Source: an uncultured bacterium
GTDB lineage: Bacteria; Babelota; Babeliae; Babelales; Babelaceae
Assembly: GCA_963717435.1 (NCBI GenBank)
Contig: OY970332.1
Location: forward strand, 576,001-640,000
DNA length: 64,000 bases
Reading direction: 5' to 3'
Part shown: positions 29,803 through 39,989 of the stretch, piece by piece
Position numbering within the stretch: position 1 is the stretch's first letter
Layout of the letters: every line of letters begins with the position of its first letter
Translations under genes and position numbers: made by a program
Notes under the pieces: generated by a model
What the model was told of the DNA's origin: nothing
Seen by the model: the letters and a program-made list of their open reading frames with translations, nothing else
Databases searched by the model: none

Positions 29803-31062
29803 ATGAATAACATCAAAAAGTTCGGTTTTTTGCTTTGTTTTGTAGTACTCAGTTCTTTTAAATTAGCTTTTGGTATGGCTACAAAGCAAAATTTAATAAG
29901 AGTTGTGCCGGTTTCTTACAATCAAGTCTCTGATCCAGACAAAAATGGATGGAACATTTTGTTGGGACATGATACCAATCCAGCCGGACCTTATTGGAAC
30001 GATTTTTCTCTTCCTCAAGGGCATGGGGCATCCTTTGGAGGTCTTTTTGGAAAGCCTAGTGATCTTGAAGTTGCCAAAAATGCTTTATCTTCAAAGACTA
30101 ATAATATATATAACGATTCAACTGTTGATTGGCAAAGAGCCGTACAAGTTTTTGATTCCCCAAGTGGGAATACATTTTATTTTGTTCCCGTTAAGATGTT
30201 TAAGACAAATAGAGACTTGAACATATCTGGACAAAATCAGCAAAAAGATAATTTTTCTTGGGTTCAGGCAGCTAGTCTTTTGATGCCAAAAAGATCACCG
30301 GGCCAAGATGTTCAATTGATTTGGTACGGAAAAGCTGGAAAAACCCAGAGTTATAATATATCGCGCGGTTTTTTGGATCAAATTAATCGCGTTTGGGATA
30401 ACAGTTTATTATCAAAACTTAATAGTTTATTGCCTGGCCAAAATCAGGTTCAGTCTCAGATGCCACAGTCTGGAATAACCTGGCTAAATATACCAGCAGG
30501 ATCCCTAAAATTTTACGAAAAGAATAAGCCCTACTACGAGTTTACAAACTTTTATGAACCCAAAAAACCGATAAATATCGACAAAAGAGAATGGAAAACA
30601 AGCGAGCACTATTTCCAAGCTATGAAATTTACTGATTTAAATACCCAGGAAACAATAAGAAATCAATCTAGTCCAAGAGATGCTTTTAGTCTTGCCAGGG
30701 ATCTTATAAACAAAAACAAAAGTCTCTTAGTTGCAAATTGGCACAAGTCAGTAAAATATCAAGCTATGTTGGATGCGTTAAAAGCAAAGTTTAGCCAAGA
30801 TAGTTCTTTAAAAAATCTTTTATTAGGCACTAATAATTTAATATTGGTAGAAGATACGGGCCTTAACCCAAATAAGAATCAAATTGATACTGAATGGGGA
30901 GCTGGGCTTGATGGCTTGGGCCAAAATCATCTGGGAAGACTTCTTATGCTTGTTCGTGAAGAATTAAAATCTGGCAAGAAATTAACTTATGATCCAGATA
31001 AAACACTTAGTCTTGATGCTCTTAAAAAAGTTAATTTTGATCTAAATAAAGTAAATTTTTAA
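29803..31062 (+). CDS. Secreted protein with C-terminal NADAR (YbiA-like) domain
   Basis: Signal peptide; FTNFY, TSEHYFQAMKF, KAKFSQ, LLGT...LVED, WG...GQNHLGRLLMLVREEL. Confidence 0.85.
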   Translation: MNNIKKFGFLLCFVVLSSFKLAFGMATKQNLIRVVPVSYNQVSDPDKNGWNILLGHDTNPAGPYWNDFSLPQGHGASFGGLFGKPSDLEVAKNALSSKTNNIYNDSTVDWQRAVQVFDSPSGNTFYFVPVKMFKTNRDLNISGQNQQKDNFSWVQAASLLMPKRSPGQDVQLIWYGKAGKTQSYNISRGFLDQINRVWDNSLLSKLNSLLPGQNQVQSQMPQSGITWLNIPAGSLKFYEKNKPYYEFTNFYEPKKPINIDKREWKTSEHYFQAMKFTDLNTQETIRNQSSPRDAFSLARDLINKNKSLLVANWHKSVKYQAMLDALKAKFSQDSSLKNLLLGTNNLILVEDTGLNPNKNQIDTEWGAGLDGLGQNHLGRLLMLVREELKSGKKLTYDPDKTLSLDALKKVNFDLNKVNF

Positions 31063-31072
31063 TTGATTTATC

Positions 31073-32122
31073 TTAAAGATCGACAAGATATATTTTGCCA
31101 TCTTCGCTGCCGCTTGCAAGCTTGTTTCCAGCCTTATTAAAAGCTAAAACTTTAACTTTTTTACCTGCATAAAAATGTTTGATAACATTCCCCGAATTTA
31201 TATCAAATATTTTAACAAAGCCCCCTTTGTCTCCAGTTGCCAATTTTTTTTCACTATTATCTACTGAAAAAAAATAGATTTTATCTTTGTTTTTTAAGCT
31301 TTTTAACTGTTTATTGTTTTCAAGATCCCAAATAATAACTTCATTTTCTGTCCCTATAACTAACTGCTTATTATTATTTATAAATTCCAAATCAATTAGA
31401 TTTAAATTTTTTAATTTGTCTATTGTGTTAACGCGTTTATTTTCTTTCATATCCCAAATTTCAACTTTTGAATCTTTATCCGCTATAGCTATTAATTCTC
31501 TATTGTTTGAAAATTTTATTTTGAAGCACTCTATGTTTGTGCTTATATTTTGCAGCTCTTTGCCGTTTTTGGCATCAACTATTTTAACGTCTTTATCTTC
31601 ACAGAAAGCTGCCAATTCTGCTTTGTGAGATATTGTCAGATATACTATGCTACTTGGTCCCAAATCTGCCGATTGTACAGTTTGCCCATTTTTGCCATTA
31701 ATTATCTGTGTTTTGTTTCCCATCAATGCAAATATATCACCGCTATCTAGAAAAATTACCTGCTCTATAGGTCTTTTTGCTGAGATATCAAAAATCGATT
31801 TTGAGTTGGCCCAATCCCAATTTTTTAAACTGCCATCTTTTGCGCCACTTACGAATTTGTCAGATTTAGAATTTATATCCCCGCAACAAACTGAATTGTG
31901 AGTTAAAACTTTTGTAATTTTTGTATCGTTAATATTGGGCCAAATTTTTATTGTATTTTCATATATTGCAAATAGTTGATCTTTTCCATCAAATTTTAAA
32001 CTCAGAATTTCAGATCCCTCTGAGGAAATATTTGTCGGTTTTGACTCTGTTTCTAATTTATTAAAAATAACCAACGATATAGCTGAAAATATAACTATAT
32101 TTATAACGTTAACTTTTTTCAC
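31073..32122 (-). CDS. Secreted WD40 repeat protein (degenerate repeats)
   Basis: Signal peptide; about 7 repeats ending IW/WD/FD (SGAKDGSLKNWD, ASGSEDGKIYLVD). Confidence 0.85.
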   Translation of the reverse strand: MKKVNVINIVIFSAISLVIFNKLETESKPTNISSEGSEILSLKFDGKDQLFAIYENTIKIWPNINDTKITKVLTHNSVCCGDINSKSDKFVSGAKDGSLKNWDWANSKSIFDISAKRPIEQVIFLDSGDIFALMGNKTQIINGKNGQTVQSADLGPSSIVYLTISHKAELAAFCEDKDVKIVDAKNGKELQNISTNIECFKIKFSNNRELIAIADKDSKVEIWDMKENKRVNTIDKLKNLNLIDLEFINNNKQLVIGTENEVIIWDLENNKQLKSLKNKDKIYFFSVDNSEKKLATGDKGGFVKIFDINSGNVIKHFYAGKKVKVLAFNKAGNKLASGSEDGKIYLVDL

Positions 32123-32231
32123 TTTAATACCCGCTTAATTTTTAAAATTTAAATATCTTAAAGCTTTATTACAAAAAAACAGTTTATGTAAGATATGTTT
32201 AAAAAAACAAGGATTTAAAAATTTTGGGCAT

Positions 32232-32268
32232 AAAAAAACTGGCTTGAGTGATAAATTCAAGCCAGTTT
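32232..32268 (-). terminator. Intrinsic terminator downstream of the tRNA
   Basis: AAACTGGCTTGA/TCAAGCCAGTTT stem with A-run. Confidence 0.75.
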
Positions 32269-32275
32269 AGTAATT

Positions 32276-32352
<77 letters not shown>

Positions 32353-32408
32353 ATACATTCATAATCATAGATTTATTTGCAGGTTTGTCAAACGATTTAT
32401 GCACTAAT

Positions 32409-32816
32409 TTAGCTGATTTTATCGGTGTTATAAGCAATAACAGCAGCCATGGCTGTATCACCTGAATATGTTATAGATACAGAAAAATTTAATTTGTTTG
32501 TTAAATAGTTATTTAATTCAGTATTATAAGCAACTTTTGGCTGTCCATTAACCCCATTTTCTACCCAAATTAGCTTGCAAAGTGTTAAAAATGGCAAATT
32601 CTGCCCCAAAAATGGGGAAATAGCCTTAAAAGTAGCCTCTTTGAAGGCAAACCTGGAAGCGAATCTTTCGCGGGTTTTTAAGGGGTTTATATTCGCCCCA
32701 GATAGGCAATAATCTATCTCTATATCATTAAATATTCTTAACAGCCTAATTCTGGGATAATTTTGCCAGTCTTTGAAGCGTGGGATTTCCACAGAATCTA
32801 TACCAATATTCAACAT
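32409..32816 (-). CDS. acpS: Holo-ACP synthase
   Basis: IGIDSVEI, ASRFAFKEATFKA, GQP and VSIT motifs. Confidence 0.88.
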   Translation of the reverse strand: MLNIGIDSVEIPRFKDWQNYPRIRLLRIFNDIEIDYCLSGANINPLKTRERFASRFAFKEATFKAISPFLGQNLPFLTLCKLIWVENGVNGQPKVAYNTELNNYLTNKLNFSVSITYSGDTAMAAVIAYNTDKIS

Positions 32817-32818
32817 AA

Positions 32819-34012
32819 TTAATTTTCTTTTAAAACAACATATTTTTCGTCAAGCAAAGCATCTTTCAAAATATCGGGCAAACCATTAAATATATTTTTT
32901 AATTTAGGATAAGAAATACTGAAAGGCTTTTTGTCTTTTTGTTCTATTTGCTTATTTCTAAATTTTAAAATCGACTTAAGCAACATATACTGTATTATTT
33001 TATTTTTTCCACTCGATTCTCCGATTACGGATTCTGTTACTTTGTCAAAATATTTGTGCAGCTTTATTAATGATTTTAGATCCCATAACTTAATTGTTTT
33101 ATTATATGACCCGGAAAGGGCATAATTGCCATCAGGACTAAATGCTACTGAATAAACCAAATCACCATGACCAGATAATGTGGCAATAGCATGTGTATTA
33201 GGGTTCTGTTTATTTCTTAAATCCCATAACTTTATTGTTTTATCATCTGACCCGGAAAGGGCATAGTTGCCATCAGGACTAAATGCTACCGAACGAACCA
33301 AATCACCATGACCGGTTAATGTGGCGATAGGCTGTGTATTAGGGTTTTGTTTATTACTTAAATCCCATAGTTTTATTGTGCCATCACATGCCCCGGAAAG
33401 AGCATAATTGCCATCAGGACTAAATGCTACTGAATAAGCCCAACTAGCATGACCGGATAATGTGGCAATCGCATGTGTATTAGGGTTCTGTTTATTACTT
33501 AAATCCCATAACTTTATTTTGCCATCATCTGACCCAGAAAGGGCATAGTTGCCATCAGGGCTGAATACCACTGAAAAAACAGTATTATCATGGCCTGATA
33601 ATGTGGCAATGGCATGTGTATTAGGGTTTTGTTTATTAGTTAAATCCCATAACTTTATTGTTTCATCATCTGCCCCAGAAAGTGCATAATTGCCACCTGG
33701 ATCTGGACTAAATGCTACTGAAGCAACAGCCCCACGATGGCCGGATAATGTCGAAATATTAGATTTTTTACCAGCGATCTCCATTAACTTTTTGATGAAC
33801 CAATTTTGCGGCTTTAAAGATTCTCTCATAATAGATCGCAAAATAAAGAACTTTTTATCATCAGAGGTCCATTGTTCAAGATTTCTCATGAAAGCAAATT
33901 CTTCCTTGCTGCCCTTAATGTTTTTGGAATCCATGCAATTTGTGTGCATAGAAATTAAGCTTAAAGAAATAAAAAATATTTTTTTCTTTATTACTGCATT
34001 TTTAAATTTCAT
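32819..34012 (-). CDS. Secreted WD40 protein with five highly similar 47-aa repeats
   Basis: Start ATG 34012 after GGGG; signal peptide; repeats TLSGHxxxVxSVAFSPDGNYALSGSxDxTIKLWDL. Confidence 0.9.
   Translation of the reverse strand: MKFKNAVIKKKIFFISLSLISMHTNCMDSKNIKGSKEEFAFMRNLEQWTSDDKKFFILRSIMRESLKPQNWFIKKLMEIAGKKSNISTLSGHRGAVASVAFSPDPGGNYALSGADDETIKLWDLTNKQNPNTHAIATLSGHDNTVFSVVFSPDGNYALSGSDDGKIKLWDLSNKQNPNTHAIATLSGHASWAYSVAFSPDGNYALSGACDGTIKLWDLSNKQNPNTQPIATLTGHGDLVRSVAFSPDGNYALSGSDDKTIKLWDLRNKQNPNTHAIATLSGHGDLVYSVAFSPDGNYALSGSYNKTIKLWDLKSLIKLHKYFDKVTESVIGESSGKNKIIQYMLLKSILKFRNKQIEQKDKKPFSISYPKLKNIFNGLPDILKDALLDEKYVVLKEN
33077..33757. repeat. 141-bp tandem repeat array, 5 units
   Basis: ATCCCATA (WD codons) recurs at 33080, 33221, 33362, 33503 and 33644. 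Confidence 0.95.
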
Positions 34013-34029
34013 GAAACCCCAAATATTTA

Positions 34030-34109
34030 AAATTTTATTCGCCGTCGCTAAAGCTATGGCGTAATTTCGCGCTATATACCGGATTAAAAAGCCGGTCGAG
34101 CGCTTCATT
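34030..34109. repeat. Structured intergenic repeat family B, copy 2
   Basis: aaattttattcgccgtcgctaaagctatggcgtaatttcgcgc...ccggattaaaaagccgg...gagcgcttcatt. Confidence 0.85.
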
Positions 34110-35655
34110 GCGCCTTAAGCTTTTCTATATTTTGGTCCAAAGATCTATAAAGCAAAGCTTCTTGTATATGTTTCAAGTCTATGTCTTTAGATTCTTCAAA
34201 GTCGGCGATAGTGCGGGCGACTTTTAATAATTTGTGATAGCTGCGCATAGTAAATCCAAATTTATCAAACACTTTTTTGATCAAATCTTGGGCACTAGAC
34301 GTTAATGTACAAAATTTATCAACTTGATCGGAACTCATATGAGCGTTCCAGTTTGGCTTATCTTCAAATCTTTGTTTTTGAATCTGCGCGGCGCGTTCCA
34401 CAGATTTATATAAATCTTCTGAGCTTGTATTTGAATTATCTTTTGCAGCCACAGTCTCGTAATCTACTGACGGAATAACAATCTGCAAGTCTATTCTGTC
34501 AAGTAATGGACCTGAAATTTTTGAAAAATATTTTCCAATTTGCTGCAAGTTACATTTGCATTCACGTTTTTTATCTCCCCAAAATCCACACGGACAAGGG
34601 TTTAATGCAGCAATTAGCAAAAATGACGCAGGGAAAGTAATTGTCTGAAGTGCGCGAGCAATACACACAGAATGGTTCTCAAGTGGTTGTCTTAATGTTT
34701 CCAAAACATCTCTTTTAAATTCTGTAAGTTCATCAAGAAATAAGATTCCATTATTGGATAAACTTATTTCTCCTGGTTGCGGGAATGAGCCGCCTCCAAC
34801 AAGACCCGCTTGGCTGATCGTATGATGCGGACTTCTAAATGGTCGATCAGTTACCAGATGCTTCGAGCCAAGTCTGCCCGATATCGAATATATTTTGCTT
34901 GTATCAAGAATCTCATCAAAAGACATTTTGGGCATAATGGTAGGCAGTCTTTTTGCGAGCATAGTTTTTCCAGATCCAGGCGAGCCTATAAATAAAATAT
35001 TGTGCCTGCCCGCTGCTGCTATCTGCAAAGCTCGTTTTGCTTGGTGCTGTCCCTTGACTTGATTAAAGTTAAGATTTTCTAAATTTGGTGCTGCTTCAAA
35101 ATCTTTTGGATTAGCAACTGTTGGTTCGATTTGTATTTCTTTGCGCAAATATGCAACAAGTTGTGTAAAACTTGATACCCCGATAACCTCTATGCCATTT
35201 ATTAACGCAGCCTCTTTTGCATTAAATTCAGGAATAATAAGTCTTTTTTTGTTAAGTCTATTTTTTGCGTCGTATGCTATCGGCAGAACTCCATTAACCG
35301 GCTTAATTGTCCCATCAAGTGAAAGTTCGCCAAGAATAATTGTCTCTTGTAAAAAATTTGCTGGGATTTCAACCATAGACGCAGCGTGTAAAATTCCCAA
35401 CGCTATAGGTAAATCGAAAAGGGTCCCCTCTTTTTTTATATCAGCAGGGGCCAGATTAACTGTAATTTTTCTCTCTGGCAGCCTAACGCCACAGTTTTTC
35501 AGAGCAGTTAGTATGCGTTGTCTGCTTTCTTTTATCGCTGTGTCTGGCAATCCGACAATAAAAAATTGTAAAAGCCCGAAAGATAGATCAACTTCAACTT
35601 CAACGATATGAGTTTCTATTCCAATTGTAGTGGCCGAGAATATTTTTGTATGCAT
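34105..35655 (-). CDS. comM: YifB/ComM family Mg-chelatase-like AAA+ ATPase
   Basis: IVGLPDTAIKES, ITVNLAPADIKKEG, GSPGSGKT, RPFRSPHH and NPCPCG. Start ATG 35655. Confidence 0.92.
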   Translation of the reverse strand: MHTKIFSATTIGIETHIVEVEVDLSFGLLQFFIVGLPDTAIKESRQRILTALKNCGVRLPERKITVNLAPADIKKEGTLFDLPIALGILHAASMVEIPANFLQETIILGELSLDGTIKPVNGVLPIAYDAKNRLNKKRLIIPEFNAKEAALINGIEVIGVSSFTQLVAYLRKEIQIEPTVANPKDFEAAPNLENLNFNQVKGQHQAKRALQIAAAGRHNILFIGSPGSGKTMLAKRLPTIMPKMSFDEILDTSKIYSISGRLGSKHLVTDRPFRSPHHTISQAGLVGGGSFPQPGEISLSNNGILFLDELTEFKRDVLETLRQPLENHSVCIARALQTITFPASFLLIAALNPCPCGFWGDKKRECKCNLQQIGKYFSKISGPLLDRIDLQIVIPSVDYETVAAKDNSNTSSEDLYKSVERAAQIQKQRFEDKPNWNAHMSSDQVDKFCTLTSSAQDLIKKVFDKFGFTMRSYHKLLKVARTIADFEESKDIDLKHIQEALLYRSLDQNIEKLKAQ

Positions 35656-35793
35656 GAAAATGGGCTTTTTTAATAAATAATTTATAACCGTCAAAAAAAA
35701 TCTTATATAAATATATAGCACATATTTTTACGTTTGGAAATTGCGGAAAATTTATTGTAGAATGGAGTTTCTAAAGTGATTTATTAATTAGGG

Positions 35794-38643
35794 ATGATAT
35801 TTATGCTAGCAAGAAATCCGCAGAAGCCCATAATGAAATTTGTTTTGGCGTCACTATGTGTGAGCCAAAGTGTTGGTCAAATTTTTTCCAGAACCTTGGT
35901 TTTGTCAGATCAATCCAATCAGGCGTCAAGTTTTAATTTTCCTGTATCTGTACATGATTTTTATAATGCGGACGGATACTGTTATGTTGGAGCTGCAAGC
36001 GCCGTAGCCGACAACACATTCTCTGTATCTTTCTTTAAGCGGGGTTATAATACTTTCACGCCACTAACTCCCGCAAACACAACTTTAAATAATGTTCCAA
36101 ATCAACCTAATCCATTATGTGGTGCACAAATAAATTTTCTTTCTTTGATGGTCGATATGCCCGCTCTTGTGAAAAACGGCGATAATCAAAGAGTTTATTT
36201 TCTAAGGGCTCTGGACCCAAGTCTTTCTGTTGTCAGTTCGCCAATCGTGAACGACGCGGGCGGATTACCAACCGGCGGTATAGTTGGCCTTGCAACAAAT
36301 CAGCCCGGTACATCGGATACGGTAGATTTATCAAAGCAATTGATTTTTGCAGCAGTACAAGACAATTCAGGAAATTTTGGTGTTAATAATTCTGGCATAG
36401 CACTTTTGCAACTTGTGCAAACCATGACCGGGAACGTGAAAAATTTCACACTTAATGTTGCTGATTTAGTTGCCGGAAATTCTACGGGAAATAAAGCGAT
36501 GCAATTAAATACATCAACTCCCGCTGTTATGGTCACCGACCCGCTTTCTTTTATAACTAGCACAACTGTAGATATGTTTTGGGATACGGACTTGCAAAAA
36601 TTATATATAGCCTTGCAGGGCCAAGCTGGCGCTGGTGCCCAAGATGGAATGCTCGGCGTTGTTGTTGCAAGTATTTTGGGTAACGGCACAAGCACCCAAT
36701 TAGCGTTTCAGCCGATAATAGCCAATAGTGCCCTAAATGTTCCAACAAATAATAATATTATTGCCGGAGTTGGATCCAACTCTCAAGTTTCTATTTTAAA
36801 AGTGCGTACAATGAAAACAAGCACGGGCGTAAAATATCTTATAGTTGTGGGCGGCAATGGATCCGCGTCAACTGTAGGAAATCAAGTTTATGCAATTCCA
36901 TTAGTTTCGTTAAACAGTACAGGTAACCCAAGTTTGTTGGGCACTGTTGCATCCAAAAACTCTACACCATTTAATGGCTTTACAGGAAGATTTCCAGAAA
37001 GATTGATTGCCCGTGGATTTTCAATTCCCGCTGCTTCAAATTCTGATCTTGTCACATCTTACGATGCGCAGGGCCTTGTCGGAGCTGCTTCGATGTTTGC
37101 AAATATTACCGATATTAATGTTGTTGGTGATACTGTCTACGTCTCAACTTCGCAACCCGGAGGCGGTCAACAATCAGGTGTATTTTATTCTCAGGCTATT
37201 TTTAATCCAAATGGCTCGATAGCAAATTGGACGCCTTGGCAGAGAACGGCTGGTAATGCGCAAAATGTTTTTGGTTTGCAATTTGATGTCTATCTTTCAA
37301 ACATGATTTATATTCAAAGTACAAATAATCAAGCTACAAACGCAAACAGTGTATATACATCAACTTGGAGCACTGGAGCATCAACTTTTGAAAATAATAT
37401 TTCGCAACAATTAAGTTCAGTAGTTGATGGTGTTCAAGGGTTATCTAGTTTTGGCCCACAAACTTTGTCTTTTAATCAGACGCCAAGTTCGAGAACGTCA
37501 TTAACTGTCATGACCGGTTACCAAAAAGTTTTAATTTTGCAGGATGGTGAAGATGACGCAAATGGCAACTTCGGGCCAAATCCAACTTTCGGCAACATAG
37601 ATTATTTTTCTACAGACGGAACACTTTCAAATTTTACAAATTCAACAGTGAAATCTGGTCTTTCGATCACTGGCGGAGCTCTTGAATCTCTGAGTGCGAT
37701 AATATCTAGCGCTATCGGCACTGATGGCACTAACGGTTGGTTATTTGTTGGTGGTAATGGTGGACTTGCTGTATTGTGCGATCAAAACGGAAATGGTTGG
37801 CCAGCATCTCCTGGTTTATCTGAAAATTTTGTTGGATTAAATAATAATTTACAATTTAAAAAAATTGGGAACTTTTCGAATGTCAGAAAGCTTGTTGCAT
37901 GTAACGGCAAATTATATGTTTTGACTTCAAATTCACTTTCAAGATTAGATTTGAATGCAAATTTATTTGCCAATAACGGACAGTTTTCTGCTACCAATTT
38001 AGCTAATCCCAACGGGCTTCCCGGTGGCGGGCGCAATTTCTATTTTGCAGATTTTATAGCCAGAGGTTCTTTTGGGATTTTAACAACAAGCAGTGGTCTT
38101 TTCAGTTCAGGAATAGGTTCAGATATTTCTGCTGCATCAAATCAAGTTAACGTAAACTGGACCTATGTAAATCTAAATGAGTCCGTTGGTCCATCTACCA
38201 GAATATTTGATATAAATTTTGGCGAGCAAGATACAGGAATAGCTAATTTATATTTAATAAACTCTTATGTTGGATTTAATCAGGCTCGCGTATATCGCAT
38301 GGCGATTAATAGTTCAAATAGTTCGCAAGTTCAGGTTTATCCATTTAATGACATTTTTGTTAATGGTGCTCCCACATTTTTTATTAATATGGGCACATAT
38401 AGAAACTATGTGTTTACTGACGGCAGCAATTTATTTCTTTCAAGAAGCAGATATGTCGATCGGAGCCCATTTTTAGAGCTTATAACTTTAAACACTATTT
38501 TTAGTAATCCACAGGCTCGAAATAATAGTCGATACCTGTATCTAAAAATAGATAAAAATAATGCGGTAGGAAAACTCTTAAGAACATCTGGATCCGGAAA
38601 TTATATATTATGTGGTGATTTCGGAATAAGATACAACGGCTAA
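35794..38643 (+). CDS. Large secreted Gly/Asn/Ser/Thr-rich beta-rich protein (surface protein?)
   Basis: 949-aa ORF, signal peptide, low charge, beta-strand-like composition. Confidence 0.65.
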   Translation: MIFMLARNPQKPIMKFVLASLCVSQSVGQIFSRTLVLSDQSNQASSFNFPVSVHDFYNADGYCYVGAASAVADNTFSVSFFKRGYNTFTPLTPANTTLNNVPNQPNPLCGAQINFLSLMVDMPALVKNGDNQRVYFLRALDPSLSVVSSPIVNDAGGLPTGGIVGLATNQPGTSDTVDLSKQLIFAAVQDNSGNFGVNNSGIALLQLVQTMTGNVKNFTLNVADLVAGNSTGNKAMQLNTSTPAVMVTDPLSFITSTTVDMFWDTDLQKLYIALQGQAGAGAQDGMLGVVVASILGNGTSTQLAFQPIIANSALNVPTNNNIIAGVGSNSQVSILKVRTMKTSTGVKYLIVVGGNGSASTVGNQVYAIPLVSLNSTGNPSLLGTVASKNSTPFNGFTGRFPERLIARGFSIPAASNSDLVTSYDAQGLVGAASMFANITDINVVGDTVYVSTSQPGGGQQSGVFYSQAIFNPNGSIANWTPWQRTAGNAQNVFGLQFDVYLSNMIYIQSTNNQATNANSVYTSTWSTGASTFENNISQQLSSVVDGVQGLSSFGPQTLSFNQTPSSRTSLTVMTGYQKVLILQDGEDDANGNFGPNPTFGNIDYFSTDGTLSNFTNSTVKSGLSITGGALESLSAIISSAIGTDGTNGWLFVGGNGGLAVLCDQNGNGWPASPGLSENFVGLNNNLQFKKIGNFSNVRKLVACNGKLYVLTSNSLSRLDLNANLFANNGQFSATNLANPNGLPGGGRNFYFADFIARGSFGILTTSSGLFSSGIGSDISAASNQVNVNWTYVNLNESVGPSTRIFDINFGEQDTGIANLYLINSYVGFNQARVYRMAINSSNSSQVQVYPFNDIFVNGAPTFFINMGTYRNYVFTDGSNLFLSRSRYVDRSPFLELITLNTIFSNPQARNNSRYLYLKIDKNNAVGKLLRTSGSGNYILCGDFGIRYNG

Positions 38644-38661
38644 AAAAGGTAAGAAAGCATC

Positions 38662-39915
38662 ATGATCAAAAAACAATATTTACTTTTTATGCTTAGCTTA
38701 ACAAGTGCGAGCATTTATTCGATAGCGCCAACAAATCTTTTCATGCCATATGATAGCTTATTAATTCCCGAAACATGGCCAGGGAGCAGATTTCAGTTCT
38801 CTATAGATTATGAAGGCTCATATAAAGTTCATGGATTTCAAGAAGAAGATATTATTAATACTGGTAAAAAACGCAAAGTTAATACACTGCAGTTATGGCA
38901 ATGCACACAAGATGCGTTAGCCATGATAAAGGGCTTTAACAGCGAGGACCCGTTAGGGCAGCTGAGTCAAAGTTTTAACATAGACGATGATAACGGCTCG
39001 CATGGCTTGTATGTTGCTACTGGAAATTTTGAAATTCCAATAAATTTAATATTCTCGGCAAGATGGTTTTTGGCACACAATTTTTCTGTCGTTTTATTTT
39101 TGCCATACTATAAAATGACTTTGAAAAATGTCTGCTTGACCGAACAAACGAACCACACGTCTTTTGAAAGTAATTTGGATCAAAATTTTATACCAACTTT
39201 GCAAAATAAGGGATGCGTTTCTCTTTCAAATTGGGAGAGGCATGGAGTTGGAGATCTTGTTGCGCAAGCTATGTGGCGCCAAAATTTTCCACAGTACCGT
39301 CCATTTTTAAAGAACGTACGACTAAATGTTCGTTTTGGTGCGACATTTCCGACGGGTGTGAAAGAAGATACAAACAAAATTTTAGCCATACCATTTGGAA
39401 ACGACGGAGCGTGGGGTTTTGTTTTTGGTACCGGTCTTGATTTAAATATTTCAAGTTTTTTACGTTTTGGGCTTGATGCAAACTTTTTATATTTATTTGG
39501 CAACACTCGCACGCGCCGTATAAAAACCGATCTTGCACAAACGGATCTATTTTTATTAAATCAATATAGAGCATACAAGCACTATGGCCTTACAAATTGG
39601 TTCACTCTTTATGGCGAACTTTTCAGAATAACTCATGGCTTATCTGCCAAAGTTGCATACGAATTTATTCACCACGATGATGACACGGTTTATGTCGAGT
39701 CTGATATGGTCAACCCATTAATAGCAAATTCTGCTGTTAGCTTGATGGACTGGACCACTCACAGTTTTATTTTTAGCCTATCTTATGATCCGTATTGTGA
39801 TTTTCCACAAAGCAGATTTAAGCCGTATATTACAGCATTTGCTAAATGGGGCTTTAACGGCAGAAATGCTATTCTTGCCGACACACTCGGCGTAACTTTT
39901 AGTTTAAGTTTCTAA
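38662..39915 (+). CDS. Putative outer-membrane beta-barrel protein
   Basis: Signal peptide, alternating amphipathic strands and C-terminal beta-signal-like LGVTFSLSF. Confidence 0.65.
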   Translation: MIKKQYLLFMLSLTSASIYSIAPTNLFMPYDSLLIPETWPGSRFQFSIDYEGSYKVHGFQEEDIINTGKKRKVNTLQLWQCTQDALAMIKGFNSEDPLGQLSQSFNIDDDNGSHGLYVATGNFEIPINLIFSARWFLAHNFSVVLFLPYYKMTLKNVCLTEQTNHTSFESNLDQNFIPTLQNKGCVSLSNWERHGVGDLVAQAMWRQNFPQYRPFLKNVRLNVRFGATFPTGVKEDTNKILAIPFGNDGAWGFVFGTGLDLNISSFLRFGLDANFLYLFGNTRTRRIKTDLAQTDLFLLNQYRAYKHYGLTNWFTLYGELFRITHGLSAKVAYEFIHHDDDTVYVESDMVNPLIANSAVSLMDWTTHSFIFSLSYDPYCDFPQSRFKPYITAFAKWGFNGRNAILADTLGVTFSLSF

Positions 39916-39934
39916 TTAAATATTTTTTGCAAAC

Positions 39935-39968
39935 AAAAAGGGTTCTTGAAATTCTCAAGAGCCCTTTT
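39935..39968. terminator. Bidirectional terminator between convergent genes
   Basis: AAAAAGGGTTCTTGA...TCAAGAGCCCTTTT. Confidence 0.8.
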
Positions 39969-39989
39969 AAATTTACTTAATTTATTTTT

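Noticed and set aside
33077-33757. Regular repeats as a possible CRISPR array
   Set aside because: The period is 141 bp, in frame, and encodes WD40 blades; there are no unique spacers or cas genes.
34013-34108. 32-aa N-terminal extension of the WD40 ORF in the ORF track
   Set aside because: It is largely a translation of repeat family B; an RBS and signal peptide support ATG 34012.
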